A program made the position numbers and the translations under genes. The notes beneath the pieces were generated by a model. That model ran no database searches and was not told where the DNA came from. It worked only from the letters and a program-made list of their open reading frames with translations. A stretch of 64,000 nt of DNA from Antedon mediterranea (Eukaryota; Animalia; Echinodermata): assembly GCF_964355755.1 (NCBI RefSeq), contig NC_092679.1:21435432-21499431 (forward strand). Direction: 5' to 3'. Each line of letters opens with the position of its first letter. Position 1 is the first letter of the stretch. Positions 27,451-40,423 of this stretch are shown piece after piece.

Positions 27451-28158
27451 ATAAGAACATTTGGATTAGGAGAAAGGAACAAGAGAGGAGTTAGAATGGT
27501 AGAATTTGCAATGGAACACAACCTAAATTCTTTGAAGTAACATTTATGAAAGCTAATGTCGATACTTTAATGAGGAAAGAAGTTGTTCAGTTCAAACTCT
27601 AAGAATTGATGTAGTGTATTAAATCATTTCAACTGCACTTTTAATAACATTTTTAAAACGTGATTAATGAAACTGAATCTTAACTTTTTCAAATTCCTCA
27701 TCGAAGAGAATATTTCCCGCCCTTCCATTGACTTTGACGGTTCTCAATCTGGTTGTCTTAGCAATAGTGTGCACCGTCTTGGTCGCCAATGCCTTGAGAA
27801 AGAATAAGTATTCTTACCAGAAACTTGAAAACCACATGGAAGATATGTGAATGAAGAACATTTGTTTTTGTTTACGCTTAAATACGTCATTGCAAACAAA
27901 TTATTACAATTTTTTTCTGTAGTTTTTTGACGACGACATATTTTCTTCGTGGTCTTTCCTAGTTCAGCTGCATTTACGTAGAGGTCTCATTGAAACGTCA
28001 TAAACGGAATATTTGTCTTTCTAAAACTACGTTATTAATTTTGTTTCTTTAATTCGGTGAAGGTTAATGATTAAAATAAATTCAATTAAACAAATTGTTG
28101 TTATAGTTTTGTTTTAAATAATGGTTTGCTTACTACGGATGCGTATGTATATATGTAA

Positions 28159-28365
28159 ATCGTGGTTCCCACTAGGACGCAACGCAACGACGTATTGACG
28201 CAACGTGCTGTATTGCGTAATCACAAGTGGGAACCGACGACGCAATAGTGCTGCAAACATCACAGGTTTGATTTCACGCAGGCGGGTGCAAACACCATTA
28301 CTGTAAGGGCATTTTCTTACGTTGCGTAGGTTGCGTTATGTTGCGTCGCTAGTGCGAACCAAGCT
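28159..28365. mobile_element. PIF/Harbinger-type MITE (family 1 relative)
   Basis: ATCGTGGTTCCCACTAG...CTAGTGCGAACCAAGCT with TAA flanks. Confidence 0.75.
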
Positions 28366-29608
28366 TAATAAACATTTTCAGTTTTTTTAAAGAATGGAGG
28401 AATCTGATTATTACGTTTATTCATGTTTTATGTCCGTGTTTTAGAAACTGTAATACTAAAGATTTTTTTCTGCTTTAATAAATGTTAATTTGTGATTGCT
28501 TTACGCTGTTTTAAAATATATGCCTATTGCAGATCTACCTGTTAGATTGACATAGAAAAACATCACTAGTACTGACTAAGGTATGCGCCCGTTAACACAC
28601 ATTATACTAACATATGATACTAAACAATGGAACAATATAGAAGAATAGACGATCGAGACCACAGACGATTGGGCCCAAGGCGATCGGGCCCAGTTTTTAA
28701 GACCTATATTTTTACGGTCGATTTTACTGACTTTTTCTATGGTTTGCTTCGTTTTATTTATAAGTTTATTATTTAGAAGTTCATTTTGACAAAGCGTCTA
28801 ATGGCCGACCGTCCAAAGATCCAGTCGTCCGAAGACCCAATCGTCTGTAACCCAATATACCTGTATCAATCACAATAACATCACAACTAAAATCAAGCTA
28901 AATGAATCACAGTGACTTACCAAAGGTGAGAGTCTGTCTAATTACAGCTTTACATAATATGTTTGTAAAAATGATAGCCTTATTCCGACATACAAAACGG
29001 TACACTAGAAAATACCTTGTGGAATAACTACATTTTCCTTTAAGATAGACCAAACGTAACTCATATCAGAGAAGAGTGAAATTCCTCTTCTGGACCATAT
29101 CAATTAAAATACGGTATGCAGTGAGCCATGCTGTAACATATATATGCAAATGAAGATATACTTGAGTTAAGGTAGCCTCGTTTTGAATTTGCTTATAGGA
29201 GACATGTTTGCTAATTTGGAAGTTGAAAAGAAAATAGAAAATATAAAGCCGTGACAGGGGGGAAAATGGCACAAAATAGTGAAAAGCGAGACGATCCACC
29301 ACCACTCACGTACACCATTAACATATGTAAATGCGTAGATAATCTATACCGTAATAAGTATAATATAAGTTTAATAATTTGTTTTCTTCACCTAATCTAA
29401 CAGTAGTTAATATTAATTAAATTAAAACAGATTGTTGTTCCCATCTGTAACCATCAACTAACACGATGAAAGATACCGAGCTTATTTTTCAAGCAAAAGT
29501 TATCTGTCTCAAATATACATATCATTACATACATTATATTAAACAAACAAAGATTATTGTTTAATAAGGTGTTTTTGTAAAATCTAATCAACAGTAGTTA
29601 ATTAAATT

Positions 29609-29627
29609 AAAACAGGTTTTTGTTCCC
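29609..29627 (+). promoter_or_regulatory. Conserved upstream element of gene D (degenerate second copy at about 29424-29446), TATA-like box at about 29738
   Basis: Identical 19-mer; locally duplicated block. Confidence 0.55.
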
Positions 29628-29808
29628 ATCTAAAATAAAATAGACTATAGAATGCCGAGTTTATTTTATATGAGTGTCATCGATTCCAAAAGATAACGCA
29701 CCAAATCACCAATTAACTCCTTAATAATGTATCTACATATAAATTGAAGTCGATACACTTTTATTTTACATTCGCAATTTCCGACGTGTTTGTAGCACTG
29801 TTTTCAAA

Positions 29809-32154
29809 ATGATGAGAGTGGACCTGTTTTACAGTGCGCTTCTTTGGCTCTACTGTGCCTGCTATGCCACAGGTATGTGTTTATGTGTTTATGTGTTTAT
29901 GTGTTTATGTGTTTAGTCTGCTCGCCGTAATCACATACTATTAACTTTCTACCTACTTGTAATTTTAATTCAGTGCCACTTATGTTAATTTGGTTAATGA
30001 CTGTAGTTTGTTGATGATGATATTTTTTCTTTTTTTCTTTTTTACTTTCATTTGAAAAAAAAAACATTTGATGTAGGCCTACGCTTATTTAGATTTTGTT
30101 TGAACAACTTGTACAGCAACAAATCAATTCAGTAAATCCAACCTTCTTACAACTCTTTTTTTTTAAACACTACAATTAGTTTAGTTTATCTTAGTTTAGT
30201 TTTGCCACAACGACATACGTTAAAATCATATTTATAGTAATTTTATATTAAATAGTATCTCCATTTTTAGGAATATTGTATGTTATTTATTTATAAAAAT
30301 AAACAAAAAAGAATTGTTTAATATGTGATATACGAATTATTACGGACGGTACCTAAAATTATTTATTCAATTGAGTGTATAAATATGTAGTGCCAAATGT
30401 TATGTATTTCCTTTTTTTTTATAGAAATAATTCAAGCAAATACATTTTAGTGAGCTATGCATTACATAATTACACTATAATAACAATTTAGCCATAAGCC
30501 AACGGTACGCTTAATTTTATTTAAACTAGATGGTACGCTCGCTTCACTCGCGTACCATCTAGGTCGTGCCCACACAGATGGTTCTCGAATACACAGGAAT
30601 TTCAGGGTAAAAAAATCTGGCGATTTACAGAAACGAATAAGTAGACACAATGATTTATGTAGTCAACCAAAATTAGCACTCTGGGAATTACTTCCGAAAG
30701 AGAAACTTACCACAAAATGAGTCCAAATTGTTTATTCATTTAAAGAAACCCAATTAGGGTTGAGGGATGGGAAAGAGGATAGGTACAAAGAGGAACAATT
30801 TTTAAATATATTCTTTATCCACGTCAGTAACGAAATATTGTTTTCATTTTTCATAGGCCTATAAATAATATACCACTAACGGTGACTAAATATAGTAAAA
30901 CATTTGCGATTTAATACTTTGTTAAAACTGTCGCTTTCATAATCGATTGAAATAGTAAAGTACATGTAACGATACACCACTACGACGTTTATATTTTTTG
31001 TACTTATTAATTAATGCAAACGTTGAGAAGCAACTTTCAGTAATAAAGTTTATTTGTATATTACGTGTTTATATATCGTTGAACTTGAACCTAAATTCGT
31101 TTTAATCGTCAATAACTAATTATCTAACTCAATTTAATTAGTAAACAGGGTTACATCAGGTGGTTAAAATCAGTACCGAAAGTACGAACCAACTTTATAT
31201 ACCATCGAGTAAAAATTCTAGAAGGCGCGATTTACCGAATTTTGCCCTTACGTAAATTTATATATAGATTCAATCCAAGCGTATCAATGGATGAATAGAA
31301 AATGACTTTACCGCTCTTGCTCTTGAGATGTTTTCTCGGTTGAAGTCTGTACTTATTGGCAGTTTACAGCATAGGCCCTAGCCCCGGCCCTAGCCAAACG
31401 CCGAAGACGGGTACTAATGTTAGTAATAATTATATTATTTTGATTAAATAAATACACTCTGAATTGATCAATTTTGCACATTTTTTTCCGGGCAGCTTCC
31501 CTACAATCGAACACAGATAATTTTCTCTGTGGTAATGAAACCGAAATCATAACATCGCCTGGATATCCAAACCAATATGAAAACAACCAGTACGTCAACT
31601 GGACATTTACTACTCATGTCGGCAGTTTGCTCTCTGTAGAATTCTACGATTTTTATCTTCAGAGCAACTATGATTATGTGACAATATACTGTGATGGCGA
31701 CATGATTGGAAGTTTTACTGGTTCCAATACACCACCAACAACAACATCTACAAATAATACTATGATGGTTATTTTTAGTACAGATGGTAGCGGGGTCTAT
31801 AGTGGATTTCAAGCTAAGGTATCTGTTTACCCTGAAGCTCCAGGTAATTAGTACATTACATTAGAGACAATATTTATTTACAAAGGACCCGCAACGGTGA
31901 CATGAAATATGTAGCAAACTACATTAACACCTATTACTAAATTAAATACATTGTGTTATGTTGTAAGTAACACACCTTGGATATATGTATGTAATGTTGA
32001 GGATGGTATATGAGGATTTCTTTGTTTTATTTTTATTTGAATATAGGCCTTTCTACTATAAATTATATAATTTTGTATTATCTTAATGGATAATGTACGT
32101 GGACAAACATATCATCGTGTTAACGTAAAAGCTGGAATGTCGCTATAAATGGAA

Positions 32155-32186
<32 letters not shown>

Positions 32187-35100
32187 AGCTTTGCCACTTC
32201 TGATTTACGCAAACTTTTTCAGGGTGTCATTAGCCGCCTATCGTATGTTATGTCGGTGTGTATTTATGTTTTTAGATTATTATTATTATAAGTTTTTAAT
32301 TTTTTTCAATTTAGCATCTACCTTAACTATCTGCAAAAATAAATAAAATATATGTTTAAATTCTCAGATGGTTTTTGTTCTGATTTCAACGATGGATATT
32401 CTGGTTGGACTCAATATAGCAGTACCGATATGTGGATGAGATCCTCAGAAAGGCATTATGACGACAGTGATTTAGGAAACCGTTACTCAGGATCAGGTAA
32501 AATCTTTGAACATTCTATAAATTATTTTGATTTTTTTGTTTTGGACTAAAGAGCAAATGAGTATAATTGTCCTTTTTCGAGATATCATCACAGGCTTTCC
32601 TAGCCTATTTTAGATTTTGTTAAAACTAATTTTTAGTTTGAAGATAATTTGCTTTTTAAGCTCTATCTATGTGACAAAAACATGATATGTGATCATATAT
32701 GGACACAATGGCGCGCATCATATCACTACTATATTTGGGCACATATCACACATTATTTTTGTCAAACTAAAATTTAGTGTAGATATAGCTTTAGGTAAAC
32801 TAATCTTTAATTCTAATCTTCTCAGTGAGAAGTGATCCTTATATGTATCGTTGATTGTATATGAATTATAATATAAATTTAGAAATTAATGTATTACCGG
32901 TACATTAACAACTGCGGTTAAAGTGAATATAGGATCAACAACTCAATAAATCAGAAATATTGTAGTGTTGTTAGTGATTACCGGTAGTCAAATACTCATT
33001 TAAATTGCACCATCTTATTTTTTGTTTAAAATACCAGGTTGTAACTGTCGTAATTTTATAATTGTAAAAACTCAAATACTGTATACTTTTATTTAACAAT
33101 GAGAATATAACAGAAATGTGTATATGTAATGTTGAGGCATTATATGTGACGATTTGTTTGTCTTATTTGAATGAAGGCCAACATCTACTATACATTCTAT
33201 AATGTTGTAATCCTAATGGATTATGTACGCGTACAAACATATCGCCAGGTTGTCACCATTTTACAATTTACAAAACTTAAATACTGTACTTTTATTTAAC
33301 AATGAGAATAAAATAGAAATATTTTTTTCAAATGTTTTAATATTTATAATTATGTATAATTGTAAAGGAAGAGTACAATTCAGTTACTAAACAAATAAAA
33401 AATCTTTCAATTTGAAATGTTGTCCTTTAGATAATGATGTTTCTTTATAGTAAACAATTTATTAATTTAATAATGTAATTATAATAGTACAGTAGTAAAG
33501 TATAACAAATAGTAAGTAAGAAAGTAAATAAATGAATAGAAATAATTTCACTGATTTTTTGAAATTGATATTTATTTATTTATTTTCAGATGATTATTAC
33601 ATTAATGTTGCACACAACTACGGTGACAGTGGATACCAACGTGGCTATCTTGTCAGTCCATATCTACCAGACAGATGGAATGAAGCGTGTCTTAGATTCT
33701 ATTACTATATGAGTGGACATTCAAATCAATACATTAATGTATATCATTATGCTGACAACTATGGAACTAGAGTCTTCTTCGAATATGATGATTACAGTCA
33801 ACGATGGAAGTCTGCAAGTGTTACTATCAATACTACCAATAAATATAATTCTTACATGTGGCTTTACGGTAGAGCAAATGGTGGCACGACCGATACAGAG
33901 ATAGTTGCTGTTGATGATATTTACATAAGTGAGGGCGCATGCTCAGATTATCCAGGTAGGTTTACTAGATCTAGATGCATGGACGAAGATATGGAAACAA
34001 ATATTACAAACGAATTCAAACAAACATAAAATAAACATGAATTAGTTAAATACTAACATCTGAATCTATAATTGTATTTATTTTTAAACCTATAATTGTT
34101 ACATTATCATAACTAAATCGTTGAAGTTAGAGAACTTCATTTAAATAGTTATTTAATTATTAGTATTAATAAATGCAGTAGTTTTTTAATTATCAGGCCT
34201 AGATTAATTAATGCAGTAGGCCTACAGTACATTTTTACAATAATTGGTGTGTTGTGTTGATGTATTATTAGGAATACAGTAGTAATTTTACTCTTCCCTG
34301 GTTTTCTTCTTTTTTCTATACTGTACTTTAAAAATATATATAATGATAAATAATAATGTGTCCATACAACGATCAATTCGTTGACAACCTAGCTGTTTTA
34401 ACTCGGGTTAAACGATGGAATAAAACAAAATGGTTAGAATGCGTGTGTGTGCGTTTGTTCGTTCCTTGACAATTGTCGGCATAGCAAGGCGGCACTAATG
34501 ATACAGAGATAATGTTGCTGCTGACAATATTTAAACTAGTGACGGCGCATTGACTCTTTTGGTAAGTTTACTAGTCTACTACTACTTCCCGCTTTATATT
34601 TCTCGGAAGTCACGTATTTTTTTTTTTTATTTTTTTTTTTGCAGATCGACCAGCGAGTACAGTCTCACCTACAACTAAGTCTAGCGGTACAAGCCCTAAA
34701 AAGATAAAAACTGGTAAGTTTAAATCAACACACAATGTGTATGCCTTTCATATATACATTTTCATATGATTAACTGTTAAGAGCTGATTTGATTATTTTC
34801 TTATACGTTATCTTGATGTGATGCTACTAACAATATTTAAGAGTTGTCACTTTTATTTCATCAAAGAATAATATACATTATCATTGTTTTATCTGTTATG
34901 ATTTTCCCATTATTCTATCTTTATTCACGTACACTAAACATAAGGAATCTATTTATTCTTTAATAATTCTCTGATCTCTGTTTTAAGGGGGTTTCGTGTG
35001 GCTTTATCATGTTCTAATCGTTGCAGTTTTTGTTTTATGAGATTGTTGTAACTATTTTATATTATTCTTTGCTCTCTGAAATTGTTCACGCGAATTATAC

Positions 35101-37543
35101 GAAAACCACGTAAAATCTCAAAAAAGTTCTCAAATAAATTGATTCTAGCACGTTTGGGTTTTTTTTAAATAAATTATTATAAATATTATTTTTAAAACTA
35201 TTCTGTTACAGTATTTAATTATCTCTTTAAAATTTCAAAAACGGTCCTTAAATATTTTCAGATATTGTATGCAGTAATTCATACATGACAGTTTACCTTG
35301 ATGCGGCTTCACTTGGAAGTAATAGCACCGCACACTTTATCGACCCAACGTGTGGCATGATGGGATACACGTATCGCAATGGCATATATTGGCTGTATTT
35401 ATATACTAGATACTATCAATGTCAAACCACAATGAAGGTACATGTAGTCATGTAAACTGTGAATACAATAGGAGGGTTGGAAATTGTTGTTTATAATTTC
35501 AAAATTACTTTTAAAAGAGGTTACAAAATGCCACAATTTAATTAGGCAATACTAGGCTACATATTCGTGTTATAATAAGACAGTCGTATTGTATTACCAT
35601 ATATAACTTTCTTCGTCTTTTTATAGTCTACGTCGACTTCAACAACTTACCAAAACGAAGTCATTGTATCCAACGAAGGCACTTCCATTGTTTATAAGAA
35701 AGATGACAATCGCATAACAGTCGAGTGTGAACTAAAAAATACAGGCCAGTCATCGGTTAGTTTTGACCCAGTGGGAACAATAAACAATTTCGTAAAACAC
35801 GAACGTGACAACTTTACATTCGCAATGGAGCTCTATTCCAATAGCAGTTATTCTACCCCATACCCGAGCTGGCAGTATCCAATCGAACTGGATCTTGGAA
35901 GTAAAGTGTTTGTTGGTGCGAGTGTAAAGACTTTCAGTAATGATATGGTTCTGTTTGTCGATTCTTGCAAAGCCACACCAAACCCCGACCCTGATGCTAA
36001 CCCTAAATATGACTTAATCAAAAATAGGTAAATAGATAATGTTCTCTTTTACCGTTATTGATAATTATTGATTAAAGTTACTATTGAATTATTGTTATGT
36101 ACTTACATGCCTGCTTGTACGTTGATATTGCATTAAGACAGAACATCAAATGTACTATCACTGATTGTAAACATACTATATTCCTAGAGAAGATTTACCG
36201 TAATCACTGGTAGGCCTATACGTTCTTCAAAGTAAAGTAAACGATACATTGCGTTTGTACAATAGTTTGCAATTAGGACATATGTATTTGTTACTTTATA
36301 ATTATTTTGGGATAGTTGTATTTCTTAAAACTACGGTATTTTGTAGATATTATTAAATTGGTAAACATTGTTTTATCTTCTCTAGTTGTGGTGTAGACTC
36401 ATCAGTTAGTTTCGACGGAAAATCAACTGACGGGGATTTTTCCCGAGCGTTCTTTTCGTTTGAAACATTCGGCTTCAACGGCGAATATTCAACAGTATGC
36501 ATTATTATTACACCTCACTCTTCCCTGATAATACTAAATCATTCAACATCAATATAGGCCTGTATAGAACCAATCGTCGTGATAATTGGAAGAGAAAGGA
36601 ATCGTTTAATCTATGTTCCAAAATAATAAACACTTCCAGTTCTTAGCAAGAGAATACGGATTTAGAATACCGTATTTTGAAGAGAAAAAACGGCATTTTA
36701 TTTCCAGCAGAACCTGGTCCACATAAAGAGAACCGATTTTTAATAATGATTGTTTTTAAAACCTCATTAGATGCCGTTCTCGATCGTAAAATAACGATTT
36801 TAAAAACAATTCCATGAACAAATGTTTATCTGCAGTACAATCGCGGTTTGGTGTTTAAGAGTGTTGATATGAGCTCAAGCAGAACAGCGCGCGAAAATCT
36901 GTTGTCTGCTACGTTGACATATATTTTACATTCTATAAACTTTCTCTTTAAACTCTAATACAGGTTTTTGTTCATTGTCAACTGTCCATCTGCAATGAGA
37001 GCGACTGGAGATGCTCTAGGAACTGTGACCAACGACAACGCCGTGACGTCAATCTACCAAATAAATTGTCTGATAGCATTTCGATTGAACTTGGACCTTT
37101 GATTCTGAAAAAGTCAAATGCGAACTCCGACATATTACTTGAGACTAAAGGTACATTTAAGTAAAATTGAATTAATGCATGTTGTTACTCTATGATAGGT
37201 TTTCTATTCTTTTAAGTAACTTTTATGTTAGCTAAAGTCGCTACTTTAATGAGGAAAAATGTTGTTTTAAGTTGCTCAGTTCAAACTCTGTGAATTAATG
37301 TGGTATGTTCTATGATTTCAACTGTTCTTTTTTAGGCAAAAATATTTAACACGTGATTAATGAAGATAAATCTTAAATTTTTCAGATTCATCATCGAAGA
37401 GAGTATTTCCCACCCTTCCATCGACTTTGATGGTTCTCAATCTGGTTGTCTTGGCAATAGTGTGCACCGTCTTGGTCGTCAATGGCTTGAGAAAGAATAA
37501 ATATTCTTACCAGAAACTAGAAAACCACATGGAAGAGATGTGA
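29809..37543 (+). CDS. Gene D: SP-CUB-MAM-linker-ZP-TM protein (668 aa), recent duplicate of gene C
   Basis: Exons 29809-29872 (MMRVDLFYSALLWLYCACYAT), 31496-31843, 32368-32496, 33590-33955, 34645-34713, 35262-35437, 35627-36027, 36386-36494, 36964-37150 (RQRR), 37386-37543 (YQKLENHMEEM*). Sum 2007 nt, open. Introns from the CUB exon onward align closely with gene C. Confidence 0.88.
30524..31416 (-). mobile_element. Possible Helitron/Helentron-type non-autonomous insertion in gene D intron 1
   Basis: 13-bp stem CTAGATGGTACGC/GCGTACCATCTAG ending in CTAGTT on the minus strand at 30524-30561. Similar hairpin at about 5304-5332. The far boundary is uncertain. Confidence 0.35.
32659..32790. mobile_element. 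PIF/Harbinger-type MITE (family 2)
   Basis: Paralogous copy of 18315-18442. Confidence 0.7.
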
Positions 37544-40034
37544 ATGAAGAGCTTTTGCTTTACTTTAGTTTACGCTTAAATACATTATAAACATTTATCA
37601 ATTTAGTTTCTTTCTTTAATTCGGTGTAGGGTCGATAGATATTTTAAGTTATCAGCTTTAAAAAAAAATCTGGTGCTTAATGTAACGAATGGTAAGAAAT
37701 CAAACAAATGCGCAATGTTTGTGCCGTATAACTAATTATTTTAATTAATTACAATATATATAATTCCGTTTTCACAGCTTTGTTGCTACTTTTATTTATG
37801 TATGTGTTTGAGACACAATCATTATTAAAGATTTTTTTCTGCAAAATACAACTTGTTTGATATTCTCTGATCTTATTTCAAACTATACTATATATATCGG
37901 TAGCCCCTACCCTTACGTATTGGAATTGATTCACGTTGGAACTACGTTAAATTAACAACAACACTAAACGTTGCAGTGGTCAGACAATTTCCTCTACAAT
38001 TCAACAGAAAGGAAAAAATATACATTTTATGGTCAAAATTAAAAGAATGTTATTATAGGCGGAGAAGGAGGGGTAATACAATGACAAATATCATTAGGTT
38101 AAGCACTTCGGTTTACAATGTTTAGGCCTAGGCCGCGTACATTTTTCCCAAAGACTTTCTCTGAAATATACGTGAACGATAGTCGAACTATTTCCTAAAT
38201 ACAACTAAACCTAACCCTCTAAATAATCTCTCTCACAATAAAGTAAAAAGAGGTTGGTCATGGGATTCGAAGCCAATACTTCGACATCCATTCGATTTCA
38301 CAGACGGCTCGACAGAAAGCGTATTAAAAAGTTCATTTAGATGGCGAGCGCAGAGCAGGTAAAACATGATGCATATTCATAATAATCCCCAGAGCCATAT
38401 ATGTATGGCTCTGATCCTCCCTAAAATGGGACGCCCTCGCTCGGAATATTTTCGCGCCCAGGCCCCCTTATTTAAAATCTGGATCCTTTTCTCAACTGAT
38501 CTCATTCCACAGACCGTTGGCATGCACACGTTTTATGTATAGGTTATGGACTTAAAGTTCCTTTCTTTTACAATGCAAATTAAAGGGGAATTGTCAATGA
38601 ATAAGGAATAAATTAGACAATATTTGTATGAACCTGAACTGGAGTATTATTTTTGTCACCGAAGAAACTTGCAATGCAATAAATTGGACAAAGCAAGAGA
38701 AAGTATCATCATTTATAAAGATCCATTTTTGTATTAATAACTATCTATGAATATTTTTTTTTTTTAAATAATTAATCATTTGAAGAAACATTGTCCCTCA
38801 ATATGGGTTGGCACAGTCAAAATTCCATTTGGCACACTAAGAAGTGACTATCGTCCTCTAGGAGTTAGTAAGAGAATGAAAGTGAATGAACTTGATGAAT
38901 ATATATGGCGATGATAATGATAAAAATAACTATTCTGATGGCATGATAAACAGTGAATGTTAAAGCCCTATTCCATAATTGTTGACGTTTTGTAAAAATA
39001 ATGCATATCAAATTAGACTTACTTTAAAAGCATTAAACCCGGGTCATTCCTTCTCTTAAATGTCGTTTATGTTAAACTATGAAAATAAAAAAAGAGAGAA
39101 ACAATGAACTACCTATAAATAGCTCGCGTCGAATGTCTTCTCGTGGACGGTCTTTGGGCTATAGCAGTTTTGTAAACCTAGCTGATAAACAGCAGTATAA
39201 CCGTAAGAACATCGTACGCTATCTATTAGCCCTATACCATCTACCCCTTCCAACCTCAATATCAAGGATTCCTAGACGGAATTTGTTAGAAAATGTCTAT
39301 GTTCAAAAATGTTGATTTCAGAGAGATAATTTTCTATATCTATTGTTTGTTTAAATTTTTGGAAAATAACGTAAACGCGAGTATTTACCAGTGTTCTCAA
39401 TAAATTGTTGTTATTCAATATTATGTAAACGTAATTTAATTTCATTTATAATGTTGTTGTCAATATTTTGTTGCAACTAAACCTATCCAAAACCAATTGA
39501 AAATAATAGATGTTTAATTTGTGTAACCCAACATTCTCTTTTCGCCTTTTTTAGTTGAAACAAATAGCATTGGTATGAAATTGTATTCTTTTCCAATATT
39601 AGATTATTTTTTATATTAAATAATGTTTTTGAACACATTTACGGCCACCATCTTGTTGGTTCCCCCTCCTGTCAGAATCCCTTTTCAGTCTGGAGTACGC
39701 CCTCTAGCCTTCTAGTTGCTGCATTAATTGTCTTCCTGTTTTTGCCAATCCCTTAATAAAAATTGAGGAAAATCCGGTATTTTCGCTGAAAAATTACAAT
39801 TCTTCCTTTTGTTTTGGCCTTCACGATCGATCGAAGTGGGTGAAACACAGAAGAAGAAACGAAAATATAAATTATTAGTTCCAATTTAAACCAGAAATAA
39901 ATTAGATTATGTTTATGATTGCCTAAATACGGAGGTTGGCAAGCATGATATAACTTTTCAAGGACCCAAAATTATAAATTTTATATCTTGTTTAAGTACA
40001 AATTACATGAATACCTGGTTTCTACTATTATTGT

Positions 40035-40423
40035 TTAAGTTAAATTATAACTGCATTCGTTAACTTAAATTTTAACTGCATTCGTTTAGTTAAATTATAA
40101 CTGCATTCGTTAACTTAAATTATAACTGCATTCGTTTAGTTAAATTATAACTCATGCATTCGTTAAGTTAAATTATAACTGCATTCGTTAACTTAAATTA
40201 TAACTGCATTCGTTAAGTTAAATTATAACTGCATTCGTTAAGTTAAATTATAACTGCATTCGTTAAGTTAAATTATAACTGCATTCGTTAAGTTAAATTA
40301 TAACTGCATTCGTTAAGTTAAATTATAACTGCATTCGTTAAGTTAAATTATAACTGCATTCGTTAACTTAAATTATAACTGCATTCGTTAAGTTAAATTA
40401 TAACTGCATTCATTAAGTTAAAT
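40035..40423. repeat. 25-bp minisatellite, about 15 copies
   Basis: TAAGTTAAATTATAACTGCATTCGT units. Confidence 0.92.

Larger units (their letters stand above)
24800..27527 (+). mobile_element. RTE-like LINE 5' fragment (apurinic endonuclease domain), interrupted by nested elements
   Basis: ICTYNVRTL...FK*DVIGLAETK...KGIGFLI...SNRVA...IIQVYAPTSDYDD...ELYED* (25180-25556), resuming as FGLGERNKRGVRMVEFAMEHNL (about 27452-27526). Contains stops. Confidence 0.85.
24733..27850 (+). pseudogene. Relic 3' end of a deleted paralog: last 28 nt of the penultimate exon, intron, and TM/tail exon with a dead acceptor
   Basis: 24733-24760 (aactccgacattttacttgagactaaag|gt) matches the end of the furin-site exon. 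27693-27850 is a TM exon most similar to gene D's last exon but is preceded by ttcaa instead of ttcag. Confidence 0.85.

Noticed and set aside
30425-30449. Candidate micro-exon in gene D intron 1
   Set aside because: 25 nt would break the frame, and it has no similarity to the B/C micro-exon.
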